Below, piece after piece: positions 1 through 11,821 of a stretch of 64,000 nucleotides of DNA (within the stretch, counting starts at the first letter, position 1; each line of letters opens with the position of its first letter). The notes beneath the pieces are model-generated. The model saw only the letters and a program-made list of their open reading frames with translations. It was not told where the DNA came from and did not search any database. The position numbers were made by a program, and so were the translations under genes. This DNA comes from Chiloscyllium plagiosum (taxonomy: Eukaryota). The stretch spans positions 53,813,615 through 53,877,614 of the forward strand of contig NC_057718.1 of assembly GCF_004010195.1 (NCBI RefSeq). Direction: 5' to 3'.

Positions 1-239
1 CATTTAAAAAACCTGCATTATTTTTCACTATTGTTTTGTCATAACCGAAAACAAATACTTGGGAAATTTTAAACCCCACCTCCCCCATTGGGATGGGCAT
101 GACAATGGCCCCAGTTCTAATTTAATTTCATAAATTCTCTCATTCAGTAATGCATGGGAAATGGAAGTAATCATGCTTGCATATTATGTTAAAGCTTGCC
201 TTCATTTTTTCTCTTGGAAGGTGGCCAATATTTGTTACC

Positions 240-600
240 CATTCTAATAGCTGTTCAGAAGGTGCTAGTGAGCCACTTTCATGACCACTATACTGCATTT
301 GGTATAGGTACAAGCAGAGTGCTATTAGATTGTTCTCAGTCAGCATAATGTGTGACTTGAATGGGAATGTCAAAATTGTAGTGGTCCCACACATCTGTTG
401 CCCCTGTCCTTCTAGATGGTAGAAATCATGAATTTGGATGGAGCTGTTAAAGGAGATTAGTGAGCTGCTGCAGTAAATCTTTCACTTGGCCTCTGCTGCA
501 GGTCTTGTGGAGCAGGTGAATGTATGGGTTGATGGGTGGATGGATTGATTTGTGCTGGTTGGTGCCAAACCTTTTGCACATTGTTGGAGCTCCAATCATT
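240..600 (-). mobile_element. Decayed 3' portion of an L2/CR1-group LINE (tRNA-headed family)
   Basis: cacatctgttgcccctgtccttctagatggtaga (389-422) is the reverse complement of a motif in the LINE 3' region at ~33490-33535; no ORF. Confidence 0.5.
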
Positions 601-1283
601 AAGGGAGGGGAGGAAACCGTGAATTAGCAAGTCGTGTTTTAATTGTAAATAAAGGCAATTACAAAGGCATGAAGACAGGGTTGGCTAAAATAGATGGGAA
701 AAATTTATAAGACAGTAAATAGGCACTGGTTGACATTTGAGAACTTGTTTAATAAATCTGAAAAAATATATATTCCATTAAGCAAGAACGTTTCTGCAAG
801 AATTTATCTACGATGAACAAAGGAAGGTAAATATGGTAGCAAACTGAAGGAAACTGTATGAAATGTTGTGAAGATTAGTGATAGGTAAGAAGATTGGGAG
901 AATTTTCCAAAACACCACAAGATAACCAAAAAAGGTGAGGTTAGACTATGAGAATAAGTCATCAAGAAATAAGGTAGCTCAAATAAACATTAGTCCTTTA
1001 GAGGATAATACTGGGGAAATAGTTCTGGGAAACAAGAAAATGGCAAATAGTCTGAAAAAGAATTTTATAGCTGTTTTCTGAGAAGAGCACACTAAGATCA
1101 TTGCAATAATAATCAGATATCATTGACAAAAAGGGAGGGAGGAACTTAAAACTATCAATATTAGCTGGAGGAAAAGTACTAGGAAAATAAATGTGACAAA
1201 AAATTGGCAAGTCTTCTGGACAGAAAGCTCTGTCCTCTTGGTCTTTAAAGAATTGATTGCCAAATACTGTATACAATGGTTGC

Positions 1284-1973
1284 CATAGTGAATGCTAAAC
1301 TCATAGAATATGAGCTCCCTGATTTGTGCTATTAATCTGGTCCAATCAGGGAGCACTGGCTCACAGATATGAACAGACGTGTTCCCCCTCCAACTCTATT
1401 TTGATTTAGTCCCTACCCTCCCCTTCACTGTTTTGATCACACTTGTGTCTCTCACTGTGTCTCACACCTACACACACACACCATGGGTGCTGGGGAAAAA
1501 TAAGTACTACCGCAGTTAGGCGGTAGTGTGGGGGTTTAATATATAGAATAAATAAATAAACGGAGAGAAGGGCATTGCTTAAAAAAAATGAACAGGCGTG
1601 TTTTTGATTTAGTCCCTGCCCTCCCCTTCACTGGTTGACCACACAGCATTGCCCTTTGTGAAGGGCACTGCTTGTCACTGGCCACTCGGGTGTTTCCTTT
1701 CTTCCTGGTGGTGGAAATTGAATAAAGATTCGTACACCTTATGTCTGTCACTGTGTCTCACACCTACACACACACACCATGGATGCTGGGGAAAAATAAG
1801 CACTACCGCAGTTAGGCGGTAGGGTGGGGGGTTAATAAAAAAAACAAAAAAAGAAATGAACAGACGTGTTAGAGATTCTGTTCACTCTGAGAGCTGGATC
1901 AGTGTCAAGGACTCTCCACACGTAAATAAAGGGTGACTTGGTAATGAGATACCGTCTTTGTAGAGTTGTTTCA
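1284..1973 (+). mobile_element. Solo LTR of the Gypsy family at 11822-17101, interrupted by non-LTR inserts
   Basis: Homologous to 11822-12055 (ctcatagaatatgag, ccaatcagggagc, gattctgttcactctgagag, aataaagggtgacttggt); ends ...tttca; 5-bp TSD GTTGC at 1279-1283 and 1974-1978. Confidence 0.9.
1383..1855 (+). mobile_element. Tandem pair of 5'-truncated non-LTR retrotransposon 3' ends (family A, probably Tx1 clade)
   Basis: Two related units (1383-1587, 1602-1855), each ending in a stem-loop and an A-rich tail, bounded by ATGAACAG(A/G)CGTGT at 1369-1382, 1588-1601 and 1856-1869; 1383-1409 reads SPSNSILI-stop, compatible with an ORF2 C-terminus. Confidence 0.85.
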
Positions 1974-2559
1974 GTTGCATGTTCCAAAGTTCCCTAGGTC
2001 TAGAAAGGTTCAAGTAGATTGGAAGGCATCAAATGTGACGATCTTATTCAAGAAAGGAGAAAGACAGAAAGTTAGAAACTATATGTCAGTTGATCTAACA
2101 AATGTGTTTGCATTACTTTCAATGGACACAGGTTAATTGTGCATTCCATGTGATTCCAATGTCCATTAATGGGCCTTGTAGCATTTTTAACCAATTAATA
2201 TGTTCCTCTCTCCATATTCCTAGCTGATGTTTTCCAGCATTTTCTTCCTTTAAACCTGCAACATCAAAGGTTTACATGTCACATATTCACTGATTCACAT
2301 CAGGTTGTTGACTCTATTTCTTACTCTGTGTGAGGCAAGTTATTTTCTACTCCAGTTCCAAAGAAGGTTCTTTAGACTCAAACATTAACTCTGTTTCTCA
2401 ATTTACAGAAAAATCCCAAGATTGATCTCTGGCCTGGGCTGCATCACTGGCTTCTTCCTTGACCCTATTCCACCTGAACAAAGCAGCAGCCCCAGGGAGG
2501 CACCGGACGGTTACCTCAGCTGTGCAACAGTCCAATAGTTGGCCCACACCATGGGGGTG

Positions 2560-3980
2560 CAGAGACTCCCCCCAGTAACAAGACCATGGGAGAACAGACA
2601 TTGGACACTTGGTAATCGAAAGCAATCTCAAATGGGTCTAAAAAATAGCACCATTATTAACAGGAGGAGCATTAAATCCACTGCATGATATGTCTCCACT
2701 TCCTGATGAAGGGTTTTTGCCTGAAACATTGATTTTCCTGCTCCTCGGATGCTGCCTGACCTGCTGTGCTTTTCCAGCACCACTCTGATCTAAACTCTGG
2801 TTTCCAGCATCTGCAGTCCTCACTTTGGCCTATGTCTCCACTTTGGCCTAAAGGGCCAGGAACAAAGATGACAAAGCGGACCTTCTGTTTTTGCAGGAGT
2901 GTGGCATACCACAGCTCATCAGCTACAGGAAAGTGTCGAGCTTGTGGGCCATCGGCATGCATTACGATCGGTTGTGGGGGGGGAGACAGTTGCTGTTTCT
3001 ATGGCCTGGCTATTCTGCTGCGAGGAGGTACCTTCAACATCTCTGAGGTTAATGGGGGGGGTGGGTGCCTCCTAGTGGCAGATATTATGTAAAGAAACAT
3101 TCCGCTGAGACTGATTAACATGTACATCCCAGTGGTAAAGAGTGAGTGTCTGGCTATCCTGCAGCAGCTCCCACTGCTGCTGGCAACTTCCAGACCAGTC
3201 ATTCTGGTCAGAGATTTTATTGGCATCCCTCACCCAGAGTACATCTTGTGCCCTTGCCATCCTCAATGCTTCCTCTAAGCATTGTTTAACATGGAGAAGT
3301 ACTGATTCATCAGCTGAAGGAGGACAGGAGGTTTCCTTGCCTATGTTTAACCTGGAGCCACGAACCTTCATGGGGTTTGGAGTCAATGTTGAGGACTCCC
3401 AGGGCAACTCTCTCCAGACTGTATACCATTCAGTCACCATCTCTATTTGGTTTGTCCTGCCAGTGGGACAGGATATATCCAAGGACGGTGATGGTTGTGT
3501 CTGAGACATTGCCTGTCAGGTACAGTTCCATGAATATGACTTTGTCAGGCTGTGAAACAGCTTTCCCAATTTTGGCACATTAACAGAGTTGACAGAGCTG
3601 TTTTTGCCTTATTGACAGCAAGTGGTCTGTCTGGTTTCATTTTTTCTTTAGATTTTGTGGCGATTATTATAACAAATTAACTTGTTAGACCATTTCAGAG
3701 GACAATTACAAGTCAACTGCATTACTGTGGGTCTGGAGTCACATGTAGGCCAGACCAGTTAAATACGGCAGATTAGTGAGCCTGAAGGACATTAGTGAGC
3801 CAGATGGGGTTTTCCAAAAATTGACAATGGTTTCATGATCATCAGCAGATTCTTAATTCCACATATATTTTATTGAATTCAAATTGCACCATCTGCTGTA
3901 GCAGGATTCAAACTCAAGTCCCAGAACATTAGCTGAGTGAGTGGATTAATAGTCTAGTGATAATCCCACGAGGCCATTGC
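2560..3980 (-). mobile_element. 5' part of an L2/CR1-group LINE: tRNA-like head running into a frameshifted APE endonuclease
   Basis: Minus strand: A/B-box-like head near 3900-3980, SINE-like body, then APE motifs (KQ.PD.VI..E.YL; ILSHWQD.PNRDG; PPSADESVLLHV; DVLWV) in broken frames. Confidence 0.75.
2702..2830 (+). mobile_element. PLE 3'-end fragment with decayed hammerhead motif
   Basis: cctgatgaagggtttttgcctgaaacatt...ccagcatctgcagtc matches the termini of the PLEs at 20833 and 58924; 13-bp TSD TATGTCTCCACTT at 2689-2701 and 2831-2843. Confidence 0.85.
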
Positions 3981-4026
3981 CTAGTTGCGAAGGAGTGGTA
4001 TGGCCTCATTGCTGCAGAATTCTCCA

Positions 4027-4933
4027 TATCATTGGACAGTTCTGTATCACCTGTCATTTGTGGAAAAAAGTTGCAAAGAGAAACACCTTTGACCACACGT
4101 CCATCAGGAAGTGGTCAGTGAGTAGCATCCTCAAGATCCTGTGGGAAAAGGAGATGGTGAATCCTGTTGCATGGTTCCCTGAGCAGACTGTCAAAGCCGT
4201 TTGCAGAATGCATTATCACCCGAACGAGCACCAAGACATCGCTTGGCTGGTGATGAGAAGGGCACTGCCCATCAGATCCTTCATGCACGCCCAGTCTCTG
4301 TGTGTTACCACACACTGCCCTCGAAGCGGTTATGCCAGTCAAGAGACTGTCACTCATTTCCTTTTGGAATGTGCCTTTGTAAAGAAGGTCAGGAGGAAGA
4401 TGCAGTGGTTTTTGTCCAGGTTCATCCTGAGTAGCTCTGTGACACAGGACTCTGGGCTCTACTGTCTGTTCACTGGAACTGACACCAAGACAAACATTGA
4501 CTGCGCCTAGAGGACCATCAACTCAGTGAAAGACACTCTTTGTTCTGCCTGAAATGTGCTGGTCTTCCAGGGTAAAAAGTTGACTTTGACTCAGTTTTGC
4601 AGATCGGCATGCTACAAGATCTTGGATTACGTGCTGAGGGACACAGTAAAGCTTGGGGGAGCTGCTGTCAATGCACAGTGATGAAAGACCGCTGCCAAAG
4701 TGTAACGAGGGTTCATTCAGTTGTCACACCCTCTGTCTCAAAATGAACATAAATAGTTTCATGCATAAGTAGAAAATGCATGTGCTTTTTGCACGTGTGC
4801 AGGAGCTCTGAGAAGTGACAAAATTCCACTGTTCTGTTGTTTTGTTCCTCTGCAAAGACTTTCAGAACTGAGTTAGAATATGTATAGATACTTACAGATG
4901 ATTTTATGAATAAAGTATATTTTTTGAAATAAA
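4027..4933 (+). mobile_element. 5'-truncated Tx1/L1-clade LINE (ORF2 C-terminal zinc-binding region plus 3' UTR)
   Basis: ORF 3977-4510 contains HQDIAWLVMRRALP...HCPRSG...ETVTHFLLECAF (zf-RVT-like CCHC motif); aataaa and A-rich end; 9-bp TSD AATTCTCCA at 4018-4026 and 4934-4942. Confidence 0.85.
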
Positions 4934-4944
4934 AATTCTCCACT

Positions 4945-5590
4945 CTATGTTCCCCATGGCCAAATGCAACATTTCCCCAAAATGACCACCTGCCAAGCTG
5001 TGACATTCCTAATCTGACACCAAACCTTAACCAGATCAACTTCCATATAATACCCACCTCACACATTGCCACAACACACAATCAAATACGCCTCTCAGCC
5101 CAGTACAGAAACTGCACCACCCCCAGACTCAATATCCATCCCTGATCCAACATTTCGCTGACCTAATAACTTGCTGACTTGAGCCACCGTGACACATCCG
5201 TTAGCTCCCAGTACCTGACAAACCCCTAAGCTGACACCCCACCCTACTCAACCTGAACCTCTCTACTGTTCCAATACCCACCTCTACACCTGACACCCCC
5301 AAACATCACAATCCTCACCCAATTCCTGCTTGATCTGACACCTCACTGATCCACACACCCATCAATATTCTAACCTGACAACATCCACCTGATCAGGACA
5401 GGCTGAATGAGACAAGCTCCCTATTAATCCAATAATTTCCAGTCTCGACTCCTGACTTAACATTCTCCCAATCAAACATTCTCCTTCCCGAATAGACACT
5501 CCCTTTCACAACTTGACAAATTGTCTGACCCTGACCCCACAACATATCTGCCCCCAATGGAATAATTTCCGTAACCATGGACTTATCCAC
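4945..5590. repeat. Degenerate C/A-rich minisatellite-like tract
   Basis: Recurrent (a)cctgacaccc-like units at irregular spacing; strongly G-poor + strand. Confidence 0.5.
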
Positions 5591-6475
5591 AGACTTAGCA
5601 CCTGGATGCAAGAATTCTAGTTAGGTTTCTACTGAAAACAAGAGACTCTACACAGGAATCCTCAACACAGTACAGATCAAACTGTGTTTCCTTTTTGGTA
5701 TGCAAGGATTCAGGAAAAGGTTTTCTGACCCTGATCAGAATTTCTGAGACATTATCTTTTTGGTAGTATCACTTCTCCTTCATTTCTTCTTAATGTGGTT
5801 CTTTTTAGCTAATTTCTTTGAAGCTGTATTAAATCTGTAGCATTTCAAGCCTGGTATTTTGTTTCCTGTAACAATTTGATGGTGATGTAAAGATAAAATA
5901 CTGTTGATGTTAAAGCTCGTAATCTTGCATTAAATCAAAGCTGTTTTAATTATTTTGTCTAAACATCATTGCAAACCTTTAATGCAATATAACATCAATG
6001 TTGCAGTATCCTCTTTGCAAATATTTTTAACTATTATAACAATGCTGCAGTATTTTATTCTAAGAAAGTTTTAAATTCTCCACTATGGCAATGCTGTAGT
6101 ATTTTGACATTTCAAGTTTTAATAAATAGCAATCTTGTATCTCTGTACTGAATACTGGGGATTCCTCATTTTTTTCCCAATCAAAATGGTGAATTCCTAC
6201 ATTTTCCAAGTTGCTCTGCCTTCTGCAGCCAAGATGAAAAATTTTCCCAATTCTTTAGGCTAAAAATGGATGTTTTCCTGCTTTTCACAGTCTAAAACAC
6301 AAATGTCATTCCGTTGCACAATATTTTCAATAACCTACTGTGGCTGCTACCTTAATCAATTTTCCCACCAAAACCATAATTTGAATTATGAATATTCTGG
6401 TTTTATTACAAGATGGAGGGTAGGAGAAAAGTTGTGGTTGTAAGAGCTGCTACCTTTTAGAGGCATTTTAGACAA

Positions 6476-7101
6476 TAAGATATAGCAGCAGAAGTTAGGC
6501 CATTCAGCCCATCGAGTCTGCTCCACCATTCAGTCATGGCTGATAAGTTTCTCAACCCTGTTCTCCCGCTTTCACCCCGTAGCCCTTGATCCCCTTGACA
6601 CTCAAGAACATATCTATCTCAGTCTTAAATACACTAATGACCTGGCCTTCGCAGCCTTCTGTGGCAATGAATTCCCATTCACACTCCAGCTAAAAATAAT
6701 CCTAACCTAGTCAATTTTTCCTCATATTTCAGTCCTGACATCTCTGGAATCAGCCTGGTAAGCTTTTGCTGCACTCCCTTGTGAGCAAGAGTGTACTTCC
6801 TCAGAAAAGGAGAACAATGCTGCACACAATATTCCAGATGTGGCCTCACCAAGGCCCTGTATAACTGCAACAACACATCCCTGCTTTTGTACTCGGAACC
6901 TCTCGCAATGAAGGCCAACATCCCATTTGCTTTCTTTATCACCTGCTGCACCTGCATGCTTACCGTCAGCGACTGGTGCATGAGGACACCCCGATCCCAC
7001 TGCACTCTCCTCTCTCCCAATTTACAGCTATTCAGGTAGTCATCTGCTGCCTTGGTTTTGCTTCCAAAGTGAATAACCTCACATTTATCCAAATTATACT
7101 G
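6476..7101 (-). mobile_element. CR1 LINE 3' fragment (RT C-terminus and tail)
   Basis: ORF 6679-7092: KCEVIHFG...KKANGMLAFIARG.EYKSRDVLLQLYRALVRPHLEYCVQ; CR1 tail near 6476-6540. Confidence 0.92.
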
Positions 7102-9286
7102 TATCTAAAAGTTAAAGTTCTAAATTGGAGGAAGGCTAATTTTGACGGTATTAAGCAAGGACACTCAAAAGGGGCTGATGTTCACAGGTAAAGGGACAGC
7201 TGGAAAATGGGAAGCCTTCAAAAATGAGATAAAGAGAGCCCGAGACAATATGTTCCTGTTAGGGTGAAAGGCAAGACTGGTAGGTGTAGAGAATGCTGGA
7301 TGACTAAAGAAATTGAAGGTTTGGTTAAGGAAAAGAATGAAGCATGTGTCATGTACAGACAGCAGAGATTAAATGAATCCTTAGACATATAAAAGCAGTA
7401 GGAGCATATTTATCAGGGAAATGAGGAGGGCCAAAAGGGGACATAAGGTAGCTTTGGCAAGTAAAGTTAAGGAGAATCTCAAGGGGTTTTATAAATACAT
7501 TAAGGACAAAAGGGTAACTAGGGAGAGAATAGGGCCACTCAAAGATCAGCAAGGCAGCCTACGTGTGGAGCCACAGGAGATGAGGGAGATACTCAATGAG
7601 TATTTTGCGTCAGTGTTTACTGTGGAGAAGGACATGGAAGATATGGAATGTGGGGAAATAGATGGTGACATCTTGCAAAATGTGCATAATACAGAGGAGG
7701 AAATGCTGGATGTCTTGAAATGCATAAAGGTGGATAAATCCCTAGGACCTTATCAGGTGTACCCTAGAACTCTGTGGGAAGCTAAGGAGGTGATTGCTGG
7801 GCCTCTTGCTGAGATATTTGTATTATCAATAGTCACAGGTGAGATGCTGGATGACTGGAGATTGGCTAATGTGGTGCCATTGTTTAAGAAGAGTGGTAAC
7901 GACAAGCCAGGGAACTATAGACTGGTGAGTCTGACCTCAGTGGTAGGCAAGTTGTTGGAGGGAATCCTGAGGGACAGGATTTTCCTGTATTTGGAAAGGC
8001 AAGGACTGATTAGCGATAGTCAACATGGCTTTGTGCATAGGAAACTATGTCTCATTAGCTTGATTGAGTTTTTTAAGGAAGTAACGAAGAGGATTGCTGA
8101 GGGCAGAGTGGTGAACGTGATCTATATGGACTTCAATAAGGTGTTCGATAAAGGTTCCTATGGTAGACAGTTGGCAAGGTTAGATCACTTGGAATACAAG
8201 GAGAACTAGTCATTTAGATACAGAACTGGCTCAAAAGTAGAAGACAGAGGGTGTTGATAGAGGGTTGCCTTTCAGATTGGACGCCTGTGACTAGTAGTGT
8301 GTCACAAGGATCAGTGCCGGGTCCATTGCTTTTCATAATTTATATAAATGATTTGGATGTTAACATAGCAAGTATAGTTAGTAAGTTTGCAGATGACACC
8401 AAAATTGAAGGTGTAGTGGACAGCAAAGAAGGTTACTTCAGAGTACAACGGGCTCTTGATCAGATGGGCCAATGGACTGAGGATTGGCAGATGGAGTTTA
8501 ATGCAGATAAATGTGAGGTGCTGCATTTTGGAAAAGCAAATCAGGGCAGGACTTATACACTAAATGGTAAGGTCTTGGGGAGTATTGTTGAATAAAGAGA
8601 CCGAGGAGTGCAGGTTCATAGTTCTTTGCAAGTAGAGTTGCAGGTAGATGAGATAGTGAATTATGCTTTCCTTTATTGATCTGAGCATTGGGTATTGGAG
8701 TTGAGAGGTCATATTGCAGTTGTACAGGACATTAATTAGGCCGCTTTAGGAATATTTTGTGAAATTCTATTCTCCCACCTATCAGAGGGATGTTGTGAAA
8801 CTTGCAAGAGCTCAGAAAAAAATTACACAAAGCGTTTGAGGGTTTCAGCTTGGGAGAGGCTGAATAGGCTAGGGCTGTTTTCCCTGGAGCATCGGAGACT
8901 GAGCCATGAGCTTAGAGAGATTTCTAAAATCATGAGGAGCATGGATAGGGTAAATAGGTAAGGTTTTTTTTTCCTGAGGTGAGGGAGTCCAGAACTAGAG
9001 GACATAGGTTTAGGGGTGGGAAAGGAAAAATTTAAAAGAGACCTAAGGGGCAACTTTTTCATATAGAGGGTGGTACGTGAATGGAGCGAGCTGCCAGACG
9101 AAGTGGTGGAGGCTGGTACACTTACAACATTTAAAAGGGACCTGGATGGGTTGATGAATAGGAAGGATTTAGAGGGATATGGGCGAAGTGCTGGTAAATT
9201 TGACTAGATTAGTCTAGGATATCTGGTCAGCATAGACATGTTTGACAGAAGGATCTGTTTTCATGCTGTATATCTCTATGACTCTA
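7102..9286 (+). mobile_element. CR1 (HER1-like) LINE, 2.2-kb 5'-truncated copy with disrupted RT
   Basis: ORFs 7421-8209 and 8251-8595: DWRLANVVPLFKK...NYRLVSLTSVVGKLLE, QHGF, IYMDF.K.FD, QGSV.GPLLF, KFADDTK; tail ctatgactcta. Confidence 0.95.
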
Positions 9287-10028
9287 AAATCTGTTACTAT
9301 TTTTAAATTACCCTTCTTTTCTTCTTCAGTTAGATTCTATCTTCAAAATCTTGTAACTTCCCCTATTGTTACCATAAATGTACACTGTGAACTTTCCGAT
9401 ACTCTGCCTCAGTATAAGTTTTAATTTTGGCTCTTGTTCAGTCTACTGCTTTATGGAGGTTGCTCATGATGCCTGCAATGCTCATTTTGTAGGGTGACTA
9501 TTCCTACCTTTTCCAGCTTGGTCTTTTGCACCATTATTTTAAAACTTATTCCCCCCCACCCCCACCCCACCCTGTCCAGAGTTCTAACTTTACTCAAGGA
9601 GATGCAAACTGTTGCCTCCGTATCTTTCTTCTGAAAGGATTCTGACACTTGCTACTGTGGCTCAATTTTTCTCATGTTCTGAACCACACTGTTTTTCCTG
9701 CAGCTTTTACCAGCACTGGGTGAGGTTGTTCTGTAGTACCATACTTCTGCTGCTGTTGTTTCCAGGAGTGTGATTGACGACTGGTCTGTTTGTGTTCTCA
9801 GCTGCTGAAGACTGAGTCTACTTAAAGCTGTACTATTTTTAAAGTATCTCATTCATTTGGCTTCTGAATTAATTTTCCTGGGTAGACTTTTTTTTTCACT
9901 GTTATTGCAATATTAATGCTGATTACCATGTCATATGTTCTGGTAGAATCGACTGGTGTATTGCAGTCAGAGGAGAGTACTGCCACTCATCCTCCTCTCT
10001 GTGTTAGGCTGAAGGCCTATCTAATTGT

Positions 10029-10294
10029 GGGCGGCATGGTGGCACAGTGGTTAACACTGCTGCCTCAGCGCCTGAGACCCGGGTTTAATTCCCATCTCAG
10101 GTGACTGACTATGTGGAGTTTGCACATTCTCCTCGTGTCTGTGTGGGTTTCCTCCCACAGTCCAAAAATGTGCAGGTTAGGTGAATTGGCCATGCTAAAT
10201 TGCCTGTAGTGTTAGGTGGAGGGGAACGGGTCTGGGTGGGTTGCGCTTCGGCGGGTTGGGTCGAAAGGCCTATTTCCACACTGTAAGTAATCTA
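10029..10294 (+). mobile_element. HE1-type tRNA-derived SINE
   Basis: A box TGGCACAGTGG, B-box-like gggtttaattcc, body tgtggagtttgcacattctcc, CR1-derived tail; matches 62294-62615. Confidence 0.92.
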
Positions 10295-11821
10295 GTTAAC
10301 AATAGTGAAGGATAAATCTCTTTTATGTCTCCAAAGAAAAGCTATTTGTCTTACACAACAAAATGTGGTTTGTTGCAGGATAGCAAGAAGTACAAGTTGC
10401 ATTGACTAGTTGGGCATGATTACAAAAAACTGTCTCCAGCAAGAAATAATAGCCTGTCTCCATTGAGACCACATAACTCATCTCCTTGGTTCTCTTGCTG
10501 AAACTGTTTAACATTATCAGATTAGTTGGAGCTTAATGCAGTTTCAACATTAACCATTTCAGAACCATTACTTTATTATAACACCATATAATTGTAGGTT
10601 CTTTCTTATCAAACAACTTCAAATATCAGATTTGCTTCGGTCATATTTGAAAGTGTTGATCAGCTTAATAATTCTACTGAATTGGTACCTACTAATGTTG
10701 TGTGTCTGTGCTTGCAAGGAGCTGCACACTTGAGGTTATCTAACATCCATCTGACAGAAGGCTTTTACCCTATCAGTCTGGACTGAGCATATATCCAGTT
10801 CATAAAAGAGAAGTAACAATATATTAACCTGCTGTTCCTCCCAGATGCTAATCTTCGGAGAGTTGGATTCAAGTGACACTGCACTCAAGGCAGGAAACTA
10901 TCATTGCGATAGTCAACAGATATTGAGCATGCTTTAGTGATATTCTTGGTCTTTGATATTTTTGAGAATTGAGCTGATTTAAAGTAATAGGTGGTGAGTA
11001 GTAATTCTGGTCTGCCATCATTAATAATCACATAAGAACATTCTGGAATAAGAATAGCCACTTCAATCCCCAACAGTTGATCTCTTTAGCATTTTAACTC
11101 TCAGTAATAGAATCTAATGTGCATGAAGTTAAACAATTTTTTATATTCCATTCTTTCATGCTGAGAACAACAGAGTCACCCCTGTTATGACAGCCATTTA
11201 AAGCTTAACCATGCTACTTAGAGTTGATAATTGCTTCATTCAAAATGAATGCATTGTATTGTCCTCTGCTGGAAACATTATCCTTGTCTTGGCAGGATAA
11301 ATTTTGCCTTAAGGCTAGTATGATATTATGCCAAATTACTATTGAATATAATACACAAGGCAAGGGAAAAATCAGTACTAACATATTTAAATCTAGCATA
11401 AACTATCATATGGAAATAAGGGTTGTCATAATCTTGGTCTTTTGTTCAATAACATTTTCATCATGAGAATATCAATATGGGATAAAGATATTCAGGTATC
11501 TAATTTTTACAAACCGAGATTCATGAAAACATATATCATGGCCCTGATTGTTTACAACATTGAAGTACTATATCTCAATCAGTGGATTATGTATAAACTA
11601 ATCCACTGACTCTTTGAGGCTGTTAATTGTATGCCAATAGTAGTACATATCCCAGCTTACTCGGTGCAAATAATCAATCTTCATCTGGAAATTCTCTGGA
11701 TCAAGCAGGATTAATTTAGCAGAGGATCAGCAGAAATTGCAAGAAGTTGATGTTAAAGTTATTGCAGACAAATAGGAGGGCTGCTGTAGAAATTCAGTGT
11801 CCTGTGTCCTGTGAAGTCACA

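Larger units (their letters stand above)
630..2105 (+). mobile_element. Decayed CR1 LINE ORF2 fragment, interrupted by a solo LTR
   Basis: CR1-like motifs (aaaggcaattacaaaggcatga; gattggaaggcatcaaatgtgacg ... aagaaagga ... agaaactata = DWK.SNV..LFKKG....RNY) continue on both sides of the LTR. Confidence 0.7.

Noticed and set aside
5996..6142. CRISPR-like repeat/spacer appearance
   Set aside because: Repeats are short and imperfect, there are no cas genes, and the context is vertebrate.
7421..8595. RT ORFs as a functional gene
   Set aside because: 5'-truncated CR1 copy with frameshifts and stops.
10827..11115. Minus-strand segment with short ORFs and a donor-like end
   Set aside because: Stops in all frames and no recognisable protein similarity.
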